Of a DNA stretch of 64,000 bases, positions 1-12,639 are shown one piece after another; the first letter of the stretch is position 1; each line of letters begins with the position of its first letter. Source of the DNA: Rhynchobatus australiae (Eukaryota); NCBI GenBank assembly GCA_034780895.1, contig JAUZTB010000002.1, positions 67,980,390 to 68,044,389 of the forward strand. The letters run 5' to 3'. The translations under genes and the position numbers were made by a program. Below the pieces are notes generated by a model. That model searched no databases. It was not told the DNA's origin and was given only the letters and a program-made list of their open reading frames with translations.

Positions 1-1648
1 AAATCTGGACTCACTTGAAGAAGAGCTTCAAATGAGTTGTGAATTTGCAAGAGGATTGATCGTGTATTGCTTCCTTCAGTCTTCAGAGTCCACTGGATTC
101 TCTGCACAATATGATAGATCAATGTGCTGTTTGTTGATTTATATAAAACAGAAAGACCTAAAAGACTCTTTGATATTGTTAGCAAGTGCATTGACCATTG
201 ACCATACCCAGGAAGAAGATGTAGATGACTCATCCCATTTGATTTAATCTTGCAAACCATCTAAGTGGCTGCAAAGTGCACTTAAATGCAGACAGCGGCA
301 CAGTCTGGGGTAGATGTTTATGGCCTTGCTATATAATCAACCTTCATCATCTTTCTTCCTCTCATTTTGCAATTGCATAATTTGGCCTTGCATAGATGCC
401 TGTTATTCATTAACCCCATGTTAACTTCAAGAACACCCAGTCTGAATATAAAAGCTATTTACAGGAATCTTATTAAATTGTGCAATTTAATGATATCATA
501 TGAGCAAAATAATTCACATTGGGTTCAGGGCAGTTGGCTCAGTAGTTCATCAGCGAATGTTCACACTGGAATGCAAAATAATTATAATTTCATAACCTTA
601 AATCATTTGAAGATTTCCAGTTATATCTCCGTATGTTTATCAACATGTCTCCAACATTTGCATCCTTTTTCTTCTGAGATTCTTCATTTGTCATGCTTTT
701 GAAAGCCAGAAAAATCTGCCAAAGGTGTATTATTTTAATTTATGAATTTCTTTTTCCTTTGAAATATTTTGTTGAAGCAATGCATGCTGATAAGATTTTT
801 TAAATTGCTGACTTGGGAATAGGGTAGAGCTATATAAATAAACAACTGAAGTTGATGTAGTATTGGGTTAACTGCCATGTACATTTAGTATTAAATCACC
901 TTCCTAATGCTAACAGCATCAGTCATTAGTCCAAGCTGTGAGACCATTGGTGTCACAGTTTAACCCTGTCAGCATCATTAAGATCATCACTGATTTCATT
1001 AAACTCCCAAATCTGGGTTACTAACAAGTTGCTTCTGTTTCTGGTGGCTAAGAATTATATCAACATTTCACCTATTTGTGGTGGTACAATCAGATTAAAC
1101 CCTCTTTTGTCTTTCCTGTTTCACACTGTGAAGAACAATTTAGAATATCCTACTATTTCAGGTTCAAAGGAAGAATGAATATTTCAGGCAGGAAAAAATA
1201 TAATTAGAAGTTGTGGAGTGATTGAACAGTCAATTAGTAAGAAAGAAGCATTGATCTAAATAAATCAATACTGACATTGATAAGGGTTACACTGATGGTC
1301 AGTAAGGGTGAGAGTTAAGATGATGGGATATATCCCCAGGATGTATGTTTTTAATTTAAATGCTTCATTTTGTATTTGTGACATAATGTTGGGGAAGATT
1401 TATAAATGGGTCCCAAAGTGGGCCAGATATTGTAAATGCATCCACAGTGCCAGCACAAGGCTATGGTCTGGAGACATGAACTAATTACTGATTTGGCCCT
1501 CATTTAAACTTCACTATCAACCTTCAGACACAGAAAGGACCCTGGACACAATTCAGGGGCTTAAAGCAGCTGAGAAATATCCAACCTCTGGAGAAAACTG
1601 GCTGTCAGAAGGGTTCCACTTACTCTTTATAAGCATAAGCCACAGCAT

Positions 1649-1800
1649 TATAAGACTGTTGCAGCACTGAAGGAGACCATTCCACCCACTGAGCCCATGC
1701 TGGCCCTGTGGGGAGAAATCTAGTCAATTTTATTCCCCCAGTCTTTCACCACTGTTCTGAAAATTATTTTCCCTCAAGTGACTATCCAATTCCCTTTTGA
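1649..1800 (-). mobile_element. CR1 LINE 3' end/UTR fragment
   Basis: Reverse complement resembles the CR1 3' UTR found in other copies in this window (…catgggctcagtgggtggaatggtctccttcagtgctgc…). Confidence 0.6.
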
Positions 1801-1842
1801 AAAAGCAACAATTGCAATAAAGCCTGCAGGGAATGGACTTGT

Positions 1843-2030
1843 CAGAACCCAAAGTGACCATCACTGAGTAAGTTTTGGATAAGGTTCTTGGTTCCATTGA
1901 CACCGCCTTCCGTCATTTTGATAAAGATTGGGAATAGACTGATGGGACAGTTGGAAATGGCCTGTTTCTTGTAGACTGGGCATATCTGCACACATTGGCA
2001 GATAGATGCCGATGTTGTAGCCATCAAAGA
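1843..2030 (-). mobile_element. Non-LTR retrotransposon RT N-terminal fragment (CR1/L2 group)
   Basis: Translation QICPVYKKQAISNCPISLFPIFIKMTEG…NLLSDGHFGF matches the LINE motif CPVHKKQ…NYRPISLL…LLSDxQFGF. Same family as 31800-33395. Confidence 0.75.
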
Positions 2031-2639
2031 GTAGATTTTCTTCTCTGATTGAAAGCGGTTGAGGATAATCCATCAGAATGTCAATGCTTACTCACCAAAT
2101 TTCATATTGAATCCAGGCATATCAGTCTATCTGCAGGAAAACCCTTCGGGGGGGGGGGCAGCTTGGCAACTTCAGCGTGCTGGCTGCTCCATGAAAATAA
2201 CTTAACATAAATTTGTGAATTTCAACTCAGTGTTCACAGGTATCCATTGCTTCCTGGAACTTGACAATAAAACCAAAACAAAAGTCAATTTGGACAGAGG
2301 CTGAAGAGTTGACATTCATATCAGTCAGTAAATATCTCACAGCCACTATCTTGAAGGATTCTGCTTATGGCTTTTTTCCACAGACATTGTGTTGCCAGGC
2401 TATGTAGGATACTTTGAAGAAGATTTTTTTCAGAATTTGGAATAGATCTGTAAACATTGCTGTTAGCTTTTCAAACTTTGGCAGTGGCAATTTTCTAATT
2501 GTATTTTGCATCTCTCCACTGCCTCATCACCATGCCAGATGCTTATGTTGTGTTTTTGTGGGACCAGAGGAAAATCACAAGGCAGAGGACTCTCAGAAAC
2601 AGTGCAGACTGCTTCAGGAAAGAGTTGATCATCAGAGGG

Positions 2640-3250
2640 ATCCAGCTGTGCAGGAGGTCAAACCCACCACACAGGTTGTTCAGAAAGGATTAATTTCCCT
2701 GACACTAGTGCCAAAGGAGGCTCAGAATATCACATCAAGTGGGGTCAGATGTTTGCACAGACTGGAGGGAGAAGTTTGCTGTGCCTAATGGCCATGCTCT
2801 GCCAGTCACTATCAGAGTGACCACTGTACTCAACTTCCTTGTGGGACTGTGTCAGAAACATACCCTGGGTATAACAGTAAGCCACACACAAATGCCTGAG
2901 GCAGGTACCTGATGTCAGATGTCATAGTTTACATGGCAGCCAATCATATCAATAAAGAGGTCAATCAGATTGAGCATACACACTGGTCTGTGACATGGAG
3001 CGCACATGTGGCACTTTCAAAGCATTCACCCATGGGTGTCCAACAACTAAAAAGGGCTTTCAAGATAAATATGGACCATGACTACAAGATATTGCTGCAG
3101 GTCTATGCAAGATCCTGGGCCACTTCCATGTGTCATGCACCTTTCACAATCTCTTCAGAACACTGAGCTTACTTGTCAGCCGGCTGCTTGGGTATAGGAG
3201 GAGGAAAGAGTCACTGCAGACAAAGCCAGAGGAGCATCACAGATCACTGC
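2640..3250 (+). mobile_element. Decayed PIF/Harbinger DDE transposase (HARBI1-like) pseudogene
   Basis: Ordered remnants across frames: RRSNPPHRLFR, *CQRRLRISHQVGSDVC, GHALPVTIRVTTVLNF, HVALS…KRAFKINMDHDYKILLQVYARSW. Compare Harbinger ALPVxxKVTxALNF and NRKGFHSLNVQxVCDHxxxILxVxARYPG. Contains stops and frameshifts. Confidence 0.75.
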
Positions 3251-3439
3251 TAGGTTGCCCCAAATGTAGTGGGCTTCAGTTTGGTTCCATCAATTCATTC
3301 CTTTGATATTGACTTAACAACCCATTATACTACCCTAGATCAAAAGCATTTTTAAAANNNNNNNNNNNNNNNNNNNNNNNNNNNNNNNNNNNNNNCCCCC
3401 CCCCCCCCCGACCTCCTCCACCACAAGGCCTCGTCCCTT

Positions 3440-3802
3440 TTTCGTCCCTTTCCAAGCCTATCTTATTTCTACTCCCCTTTTTTCTCCTTACCTTTGACAC
3501 ATTCCCCGGTCGATCTGATCTTCCCTCCTCCCCCTCACCTGCCTATCACTATCTCTTACTTACATCTACCTATCACCACCTTGTCCATACCCTTCCTCCC
3601 CTCTTTTGTCCACTTATCACTGCTCTGCTTTTCCTCCTATGTATTGGGCTTCCCCTTTTTCTATCTTCAGTTCCGAAGAAGGGTCCTGACTCAAAACGTT
3701 GACTGCCTGCTTTTCTCCACAATGCTGCCTGGCCTGCTGACTTCCTCCAGCATCATCGTGTTTTGCATCTGGATTCCGGCATCTGCAGTCCTTTTGTTTC
3801 TC
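3440..3802 (+). mobile_element. Penelope-like element 3' terminal repeat with degenerate hammerhead ribozyme core
   Basis: Pyrimidine-rich tract, then cagtt-CCGAAGA-agggtcctgactc-AAAA-cgttg-actg (about 3668-3705), then the tail atgctgcctggcctgctga…cagcatc…gcatctgcagt. Confidence 0.75.
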
Positions 3803-6147
3803 TTTCCTGATCTGACGAGGACATTGAACCATTTGCAGAATTGAATCCAGGATACAGCGTCTAGTTTCCTGAAGCTTCCTTCTGTGGCAACCTCTGGCTA
3901 TGCCTTCTTGTATCAGCAACAGGCCTCTCTCTCTTATCACCAGGCTATATGATGTTCCTGTGGGCCCTTACCATGGCAACCGAAGAGGAATTACCAAATC
4001 TGGGAGCACCCTTAGAATGTTTACAGTCTAATTTCTATCTCCCTTGCATTGTACATACAACTCCAGAATTCTTCAAGATCATGCCTGCAATGTACCTTTA
4101 ACAACAGGAGCTCAAATTGAATTGGAAGCAGTCCCATTTCATCTGCTCAGCCTAAACAGTAAAGGAAGCAGAAAATAATTTGATGCCTTGGTGATTTACT
4201 ACAGCTTGGTCAACACATTGCAAAATATCTTTGTATCGGGAAGTTAAAATTTAGTCCTGTGTATTTTCCACCTGTGTGTGGTGGGGTTCCACCAGGAACC
4301 CATGCAAACAGCTACCATGTGTAGGTACAAGCTGTAGGAATTGGGTGGGTAGGGGTGTCAGAATGTGGGGGTATTTGGTTTATCGGAGCCTAGAGCTTCC
4401 TCAAGGTCCTGGAGAAGCTGTCCTACTCCTGTAGGACCTTAACAGGTCTTCTCCAAGAGTAAAACAGGCAACATGTAATTAACTCTTCCGCTCGCAATAC
4501 TGCCTCCCCCAAACTTTTCTGATGAGCCCACCCCATTCCAGCCACATGACGCCCTAACTATAGTGAGATAGCATGCAGCACTGATGAGATCATCAAACCT
4601 AAACTACATTTTAGTCCGTTTCCTCTCCCCACCTACTGTGCATGTTTGCAGTCTCTGCAGACTGGTAAGTTGGTGAAGGAACAGATAGGAACAAAATGAC
4701 TTAAGATCCATTGACTCCCCCAGTTTTAATTCCTCTTACATACCTTTGCTCTGTTTCATGGGCCAAGGGTGAGGGATAATGGTGAATGTTGGCTGCCTAA
4801 AATGCCATAGACCATCACAGGACAGCATTAATGTAGCATTTGCAATTTTGCCCTGGTACATAAGAAGATTAACCATGGAGTTTACAGCTCAGTGGATCTT
4901 ATCTTCTGATTGAAATTTGATGATATCATTTGGTTTTAGGCCAACCTTGTTGAAGAACTCATTTGCATGTGTCCTTGTGTAAGAAATTTCATGCATATAT
5001 ACATCCACAGGAGGACACAAATCTTTAACAAGGAACTGCTTTAACCAGCTCAGAGATGTCCGTTTAGTGTCTTTCTGTTGGTGCTTTGTGTTTGTATTGC
5101 ACAAGCAATTCTTACTTTCTTCCATGTCCCAAACTGGTATTTAAAACCTTTTTGTATCTAAACAGAATTAAATCATTGAATCTTTCATTCACAATTTATC
5201 CAACCAAGACTTCTTGTATAAAGCCATTCATTGAATGCATCATTTGAAGTATGTATTGACCACCCTGCTCTGAAATGCTACAGGACAGCCAAATCAATGC
5301 TTGTTTAATTTCAAATTCATCATTTTAAAGTCTGCCTGGCAAAGCACAGAAAAGGAATAGTCAGTAATCCCTTCCTTTGTGCACAAGAGCTTTGCATACA
5401 CATGTGGGAGTAAAATTCCTCCTTTGGTGAAAAATAGGAGAAAGTCTGTTTTTCTCCAGTAATGAATGACTCAAATATAAACAGGCCTGCTGAGAGATCG
5501 CNNNNNNNNNNNNNNNNNNNNNNNNNNNNNNNNNNNNNNNNNNNNNNNNNNNNNNNNNNNNNNNNNNNNNNNNNNNNNNNNNNNNNNNNNNNNNNNNNNN
5601 NNNNNNNNNNNNNNNNNNNNNNNNNNNNNNNNNNNNNNNNNNNNNNNNNNNNNNNNNNNNNNNNNNNNNNNNNNNNNNNNNNNNNNNNNNNNNNNNNNNN
5701 NNNNNNNNNNNNNNNNNNNNNNNNNNNNNNNNNNNNNNNNNNNNNNNNNNNNNNNNNNNNNNNNNNNNNNNNNNNNNNNNNNNNNNNNNNNNNNNNNNNN
5801 NNNNNNNNNNNNNNNNNNNNNNNNNNNNNNNNNNNNNNNNNNNNNNNNNNNNNNNNNNNNNNNNNNNNNNNNNNNNNNNNNNNNNNNNNNNNNNNNNNNN
5901 NNNNNNNNNNNNNNNNNNNNNNNNNNNNNNNNNNNNNNNNNNNNNNNNNNNNNNNNCTTGGACAGTACACCAATGTGCTGGCTGTTGCTTTTCCATAACT
6001 TCCCACTATTAAAGGGAATTCAATCTTAATTCTAGGAGCTGGGAATTCCTCAAAAAGCTACAGGACACGGCGAACTTACAGAGGAATATTGAACAGATGA
6101 CACCGCTGACCTGAAACTGGGCAACATTAATCTATCACTACAGAATA

Positions 6148-6240
6148 CAGTTGCCAATCCTCCCAGATTGTCCATGAGTCACACAGGATTAATTAAAATC
6201 TCCCAGAGACCACTGAAAGCAACCCAGTAGATAAATCCAT
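6148..6240 (+). mobile_element. Possible hAT (Tip100-like) non-autonomous DNA transposon end
   Basis: cagttgccaatcctcccagattg… resembles the AGGGTTGCCAAC terminal motif. No partner end seen nearby. Confidence 0.35.
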
Positions 6241-6399
6241 CCTTCAGCATGTGGGAAATCGTGTACATTCAGATCGCAGATTGAATGCCAGGCATGCCTC
6301 AGTCGCCATGCATGCTGATTGGATCGGTCTGATTAACAAATTCAAAGGAGTCAGACCTTCTCGTCCAATGTTTGTGCTGGAGCAACAGTATAGTGGTTT

Positions 6400-6520
6400 A
6401 AAAAATGCAGATGCTGCAAATCTGAAACAAAAAGAAACACGCGGCGTGTCAGGCAGCACTGTGGAAAGAGAAACAGAGTTAAATTTTTAGATCAGAGGCC
6501 ATTCATCAGAACTGGGAAAG
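6400..6520 (-). mobile_element. Penelope-derived terminal repeat with hammerhead-like core
   Basis: Minus strand: ccagtt-CTGATGA-atggcctctgatct-AAAA-atttaactc…tttccacagtgctgcctgac…cagcatctgca. Confidence 0.7.
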
Positions 6521-6896
6521 AGAGATGAGAAAGGTCATGGTTGATTGTCATGGTAGAATGAGGGGTATGCATAGTACAAGGTTGTATATTATGGTGGAAT
6601 ACAATTCTGGTCCTGCTGATTGCCTACAGTACCTCTTGGGTGTCCAAATTTGACCTACCAGCTTTGTCCTGGGTCTATCTCATTTAACATAATGAATGTG
6701 CCAAATAACATAATAATGTGAAAATGTAATAATGGTTCTCCCAGTACTATGCACTGCTCACTCACACCAGTACTGCTAAGCTTTGCAACACTGCTGCTTT
6801 CCTTGTTTATTTTCCAAGTATTTTTCAACATGGGAAGAGCAATGATTCATAAGACAAGGGAATCTGTTTGTTTCTTCAGATTGAGTTGTTTTCTGG

Positions 6897-7212
6897 GGAC
6901 CTGGGCGTCACTAACAATCTCAGCATTTATCGCCCGTCCCTAATCTCCCTTGAATCGAGTGGCTTGCTCAGCCATTTAAGAGTCTGGTCACTAAAGTCTG
7001 TCAGAGGAGGAAATTTGCCATTTGTACCCAGTCTGAAGTCACATATAGGCCAGACTGGGTACAGATGACAGATTTCCTCCTCTGGAGGATGTTAATTGCC
7101 AGGTGGATTCTGAATGACAATCCAGTAGTTTTCCACCATCACTAATAAACTGGTATTTTTAAAATTCCAGTTTATTAACTGAATTAAAATTCCACACCAC
7201 AATGGTGAGTTT
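6897..7212 (-). mobile_element. Elasmobranch SINE with LINE-derived 3' tail (carries an internal inverted duplication)
   Basis: Homologous to 34465-34772 and 30075-30260. Tail …attagggacgggcgataaatgctg…gtgacgcccaggtcc is shared with LINE 3' ends near 33330-33375 and 52810-52855. Confidence 0.75.
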
Positions 7213-8624
7213 NNNNNNNNNNNNNNNNNNNNNNNNNNNNNNNNNNNNNNNNNNNNNNNNNNNNNNNNNNNNNNNNNNNNNNCACCGTACCCAACTTGCA
7301 GTAGAGGTTTCATTGCACAGGTTTAACCTATAGCCATGAAAATCCATTGTCAGCTACATTAAATAACTGCAGGAAGTTACCATGCTGAAATATGCTGAAG
7401 GCTTTTTTAATGTAAACATTAAAAGAAATATTATGTGCTTAAGCATTGCCTGGTTGTGTGGGTTTGCATAAAAGTTTGTGTCCAGCGACATGCAAATAAG
7501 TTTGAGCAGAAACTTCAGCAAAAAATCATTTTTGAAACAAGCCCAATTTTTGGCACAATTCTGCACAGATTGTTGGTTGCCCTGAAGCCAAAGCTCTTAG
7601 TCAATGGAGCAAATTGTGTTGGTTCAGTTGTCCCATCCGGAATCACTTAGCAAAGCCTATCCCCACTCACACTTACCTGGGCCAAAGGTAAAGGGCCCAT
7701 CTCATTGGTTGTCTGGTCCCTGGAGTCCAGAAGTAAGGTGCAGACAGCAACTACTCCTCAAACACATATTGCAGGTCCTCTGTCCCTGACAGTCAGCAAA
7801 GCTGGTAGTGCAGTTTTGCTAGTCGTAGAAATTGCCATTGATTTTAATAGCTTTTATACAGTATGTCTCTGAGATTCAGATCCAAAAAACCATTAAAAAT
7901 GAAATAAATAATAATTATATACTATTAAAATATATTTGAAAAATGAAATCAACTGTGAACGCATAAAAATGCTTGTAAATAACTAAACTCATTTTGCTAA
8001 AGCCAAGACATTTTAAAAATGTAACTTATTTTTGCCTTTCCAAATTTTGCTTAATAAACCCTTTTGAAATCACTGTGTTCTCAGATCCTGCACTAAGTCT
8101 GACCTGTCATAGGATCCAAGGGGCAATTCCCCCGTATAACGCCCTCTGGATCATTTCATAAATCCCAATCTTCCACGTTTCACATGGTGTGTGAGGAAAT
8201 CCAGAACTTGCCTCAGTTTGAATTGCCAAACTCTGACTGTTCCAAATTAGAACTGTTGGGAAAAGTCAGCACAGACCAGCCCAATGTGTTTAAGACAGAT
8301 TAAGGCAAAAATTCAAAATGTTGTTGCTTTCTACCATTGACCTAATAATATGGAAATACATTAGTTCTCCGCCTATCGCTCTTGGCAATCAATGAATGCT
8401 GACTTATTAAATGGAATTCCCACCCAAATGTTTTGCAGCTGAATCATGTGGCCATACTCAAGCCAAAGCAACTTGTCTTTATATAATAATATGCACAGTG
8501 CAAAAAACAACAATGTGGAGTTTATCAGTAGGCATCTACTTTTATTTGCCACATAGAGTTGGTTTCTATGTATTCAATAAGGAGTGATATTTGCCAGCAG
8601 TATGTCCTTATGTAGTTCAGCGTA

Positions 8625-11600
8625 ATAGAATCATAGAGAANNNNNNNNNNNNNNNNNNNNNNNNNNNNNNNNNNNNNNNNNNNNNNNNNNNNNNNNNNNN
8701 NNNNNNNNNNNNNNNNNNNNNNNNNNNNNNNNNNNNNNNNNNNNNNNNNNNNNNNNNNNNNNNNNNNNNNNNNNNNNNNNNNNNNNNNNNNNNNNNNNNN
8801 NNNNNNNNNNNNNNNNNNNNNNNNNNNNNNNNNNNNNNNNNNNNNNNNNNNNNNNNNNNNNNNNNNNNNNNNNNNNNNNNNNNNNNNNNNNNNNNNNNNN
8901 NNNNNNNNNNNNNNNNNNNNNNNNNNNNNNNNNNNNNNNNNNNNNNNNNNNNNNNNNNNNNNNNNNNNNNNNNNNNNNNNNNNNNNNNNNNNNNNNNNNN
9001 NNNNNNNNNNNNNNNNNNNNNNNNNNNNNNNNNNNNNNNNNNNNNNNNNNNNNNNNNNNNNNNNNNNNNNNNNNNNNNNNNNNNNNNNNNNNNNNNNNNN
9101 NNNNNNNNNNNNNNNNNNNNNNNNNNNNNNNNNNNNNNNNNNNNNNNNCAGGGTGACCAAAACTGTACACAGTACTCCAAGTGCGGCCTCACCAACGACT
9201 TATACAACTGCAACATAATGTCCCATCTCCTATACTCCATGCCCTGATTGATGAAGGCCAGCATGCTAAATGCCTTTTTCACCACCCTGTCTACTTGTGA
9301 CTCCACTTTCAATGAACTATGCACTGGTACTCCTAGGTCCCATTACACTCCCTAGTGCCCTAGCATTCATAGTACAAGTCTAACGCTGATTTGACTTTCC
9401 AAAATACATCACCTCAGACTTATCTGTGTTGAATTCCACTTGCCACTCCTTGGCTCACTTCCCTAACTGATCAAGATCCCCTGTAATCTACAATACCCTC
9501 CTTTACTATCAACAACACCTCCTAATTTTGTGTCATCCACAAACTTACTGATCAAGCCTAATGTATTAACATCCAAATCATTTATATAACTAATGGATAA
9601 CAAGAGTCCCAACACCAACCCCTGCGGCCCTCCACTGGTCACCAGCCTCACCCACTGCCCTCTTAAGATAGTGGAGTTCCTACCTCTGAGCCAATTTTGA
9701 ATCTACCTAATTAGCTCTCCCTGGATTCCATGGGACCTAACCTTCCAGAATGTGCGGGACCTTAAGGAAGGACTTGCTAATGTCCAAATAGACAACGCCC
9801 ACTGCCCTACCCGCATCTACCGTTTTGGTTACCTCTTCAAAAAACTCTAATAGGTTCGTCAAGCATGAGCTTCCACCCACAAAGCCATTCTGACTCCCCC
9901 TGTTCAGGCTTTGTCTATCCAAATGCTGGTAGAGCCTCTTCCTCAGAATTCCCTCCAGTAACTTCCCCACTACTGATGTCAGGCTAACCAGCCTGTAGTT
10001 CCCTGGCTTGTCCTTGCTATCCTCCTTAAACCATGGAACAACATTAGTCACCTTCCAGTCTTTGGGAACTTCACAATGAAGCAAATATCTCCACAATGGC
10101 CTCTGCAATTTCTTCTCTAGTCTCCCACAAAGTCCGAGGATGCACTCGTTCAACCTGAAGGATTTATCCACCTTAATGCGCTGTAAGGCTACAATTACCT
10201 CCTCCCTGGTAATATGAATGTCCTCCAAAACATCTCCACTAGTTTCCCTTACACTTATCTTGAGCAACCATGATTTTCTCCTCAGTGAAGACTAGGGAGA
10301 CATAGTAGCTAAAAATCCCAACAATCACCTACGGCTCGAGACATTGGCGGCCCCAATGATCTCTAAGGGGACCTTCTCTCTCCCTAGCCACCCTTTTACT
10401 CTTTGTATAGCTATAGATCCTCTTGGGATTTTCCTTAACCTTACCTGCCAGATCCATCTCATACCCTCCCTTTGCCCTCTTGATTTCCCTCTTAAGTGTA
10501 TTCTTTAGCTTTTTATAGTCATCAAGAGATTCACTCATCCCCGGTCTCCTAAACCCACTGTGTGCTTCCCTCTTTTTCTTGACCAGAGCTTCAATATCTC
10601 CTGTCAACCAAGGTTCCCTAAACATGCCAGGTTTACCCTTCACCCCAACAGGAACATGCTGCTCCTGGACTCTTGATATAACAATCTTAAAAGCTTCCCA
10701 TTTGCTATTTGTTCCTTTAACTTCAAACAGGCTCACCAAATCGGCCTCTGCTAGATCCCGCCTAATTCCCCCAAAATTTGCCCTGCTCCAGTTGAGGCCC
10801 CTAACCTGCGGACCTGTCCTATTCTTTTCCATTACTATCTTGAAACTAATAGAATTATGGTCACTAGGGCCAAAGTGCTCCCCGACTGCCCACTTCCATT
10901 ACTTGGCCTACCTCGTTCCCTCGGTCCAGTATTGCACCCTCCCATGTAGGATCGTCCATATATTTTGACTCAGGAAAATTGCCTGGACACATTTCACAAA
11001 TTCCGCCCTGTCCAGGCCCTTAACACTCTGGGTATTCCAGACAATACCGGGGAAATTAAAATCTCCCAGTAATACAACCCTATTATTCTTACAACTATGA
11101 GCAATTTCTCTACACACCTGCTCCNNNNNNNNNNNNNNNNNNNNNNNNNNNNNNNNNNNNNNNNNNNNNNNNNNNNNNNNNNNNNNNNNNNNNNNNNNNN
11201 NNNNNNNNNNNNNNNNNNNNNNNNNNNNNNNNNNNNNNNNNNNNNNNNNNNNNNNNNNNTGTCATCTCTAAGTACTGCTGTTATGTCTTCCCTTATCAAA
11301 AAGGCAACACCCCATCCTCATGTAGCATCTGTGTCCTGGAATATTGAACTGCTCGTCCTGCTCTTCTCTCAGCCATGTTTCTGTTATGGTGATAACATCC
11401 CAGTCCTCAGAGCCAATCCACACTCTGAGTTTGTCCACCTGACCTGTTAAACCTCGTACTGTGCCCCTAGCTATCCTGATTACTAAACTTGCTCTCACTG
11501 GCTACTGCTTTATCCCATGACTTACTCCTGCTCAGAGTCCCATCCCCCTGCTAATCTGGTTTAAACCCTCTTGTGTAGCATTAGCAAATTTCCCTGCAGG

Positions 11601-11785
11601 GATATTGGCTCCCCCTCTGGTTCAAGTGCAACCTGTCCCTCCAGTACAGGTTGTCTCTACCCAGAAGAGATCCCAATGGTTCAAGAACCTGAATCCCTGC
11701 CCCCTGCACCAGCTCCTCAGCTACAAATTCATCTGGCCTATCCTTCTGTTTCTAACCTCACTAGCGTATGGCACCGAGAGTAATC
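8625..11785 (-). mobile_element. Near-full-length decayed CR1 LINE (ORF1 esterase C-terminus + ORF2 APE/RT + 3' UTR)
   Basis: ORF1 remnant GLLSVPYASEVRNRRIGQMN…WCRGQGFRFLNHWDLFW. APE remnants DVITITETWL and VVLLGDFNFP. RT remnants KPGNYRLVSLTSVVGKLLE, SQNGF…CLTNLLEFFEEV, PQGLVLG…YINDLD…SKFVDDTKLGG, LYKSLVRPHLEYCVQFWSP. tctatgattcta tail. Many stops, frameshifts and N-gaps. Confidence 0.95.
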
Positions 11786-11906
11786 NNNNNNNNNNNNNNN
11801 NNNNNNNNNNNNNNNNNNNNNNNNNNNNNNNNNNNNNNNNNNNNNNNNNNNNNNNNNNNNNNNNNNNNNNNNNNNNNNNNNNNNNNNNNNNNNNNNNNNN
11901 NNNNNN

Positions 11907-12199
11907 AGATATCTTTATTAGTCACATGTACATCCAAGCACACAATGAAATGCATCTTTAGCATAGAGTGTTCTGGGGCAGCCCGCAAGTGTCGCCACAC
12001 ATCCGGTGCCAACATAGCATGCCCACAACTACCTAACCTGTACATCTTTGGAATATGGGAGGAAACTGGAGCACCCAGAGAAAACCCACGCAGACATGGG
12101 GAGAACGTACAAACCCCTTACAGACGGTGGGTGGAATTGAACCTGGATCGCTGGCTCTGTAATAGAGTTACGCTAACCGCCACGCTACTGTGCCTGCCC
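11907..12199 (-). mobile_element. Full-length V-SINE (HE1-like head and V-domain)
   Basis: tRNA-like head (gggcaggcacagtagcgtggcggttagc…ggttcaattc), V-domain gtttgtacgttctccccatgtctgcgtgggtttt…gtgctccagtttcctccca, tail ending aataaagatatct. Confidence 0.9.
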
Positions 12200-12639
12200 A
12201 CGTACAATGACCTCTGGCTGTTTGCCCTCCTGCTTGAATATTTTCTGCAACTGCTGAATCTTCAATTTTGGGGATTAAATGAGTCAATTAATATTCCATT
12301 TATAGTTAGCTGCTGATTTGTGTTACCTGTTTAAAATTATTCATCCTGTGGGCACTTATTTAGAATATTTGAACACAAAAAGTTCTTGATATAAAGCTCA
12401 ATTACTCGAATTGGACTTTATGGCAAGTTTGCCCTCAGGTCAGTAAGTAAATACCTGACTAGCACAAATATGATCATGTTAGATGCTCTATATTTACATT
12501 TACCTGAAACTCTGATTCGTAACACCATATTAACATTGTTGAATTTGTACGCTCCAGTGTTCTAATATCTCACCTGAAAATATCATCTGCTTTTATCTCG
12601 CAGTCATTTCCCTAATTCTGAAAGCATTAATCATACCTT

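Noticed and set aside
2096-2130. 35-nt segment with good minus-strand splice signals (ttttcctgcag…TTG|gtgagt)
   Set aside because: Stop codons in all three frames. At most a non-coding exon, with no support.
2148-3409. G-run at about 2148 and C-run at about 3396 as terminal inverted repeats of the Harbinger relic
   Set aside because: Homopolymers only, one abuts an N-gap, and no further complementarity is seen.
4555-4570. ctatagtgag resembling the reverse T7 promoter (vector contamination)
   Set aside because: Only a 10-nt match and the flanks are not vector-like.
4889-5125. 78-aa ORF MEESKNCLC… as a host exon
   Set aside because: No recognisable homology and weak splice sites. The length is compatible with chance.
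9737-10832. 176-aa and 167-aa ORFs as an active or domesticated reverse transcriptase
   Set aside because: These are fragments of one CR1 ORF2 broken by frameshifts and stops, with the catalytic motif altered (FVDD).
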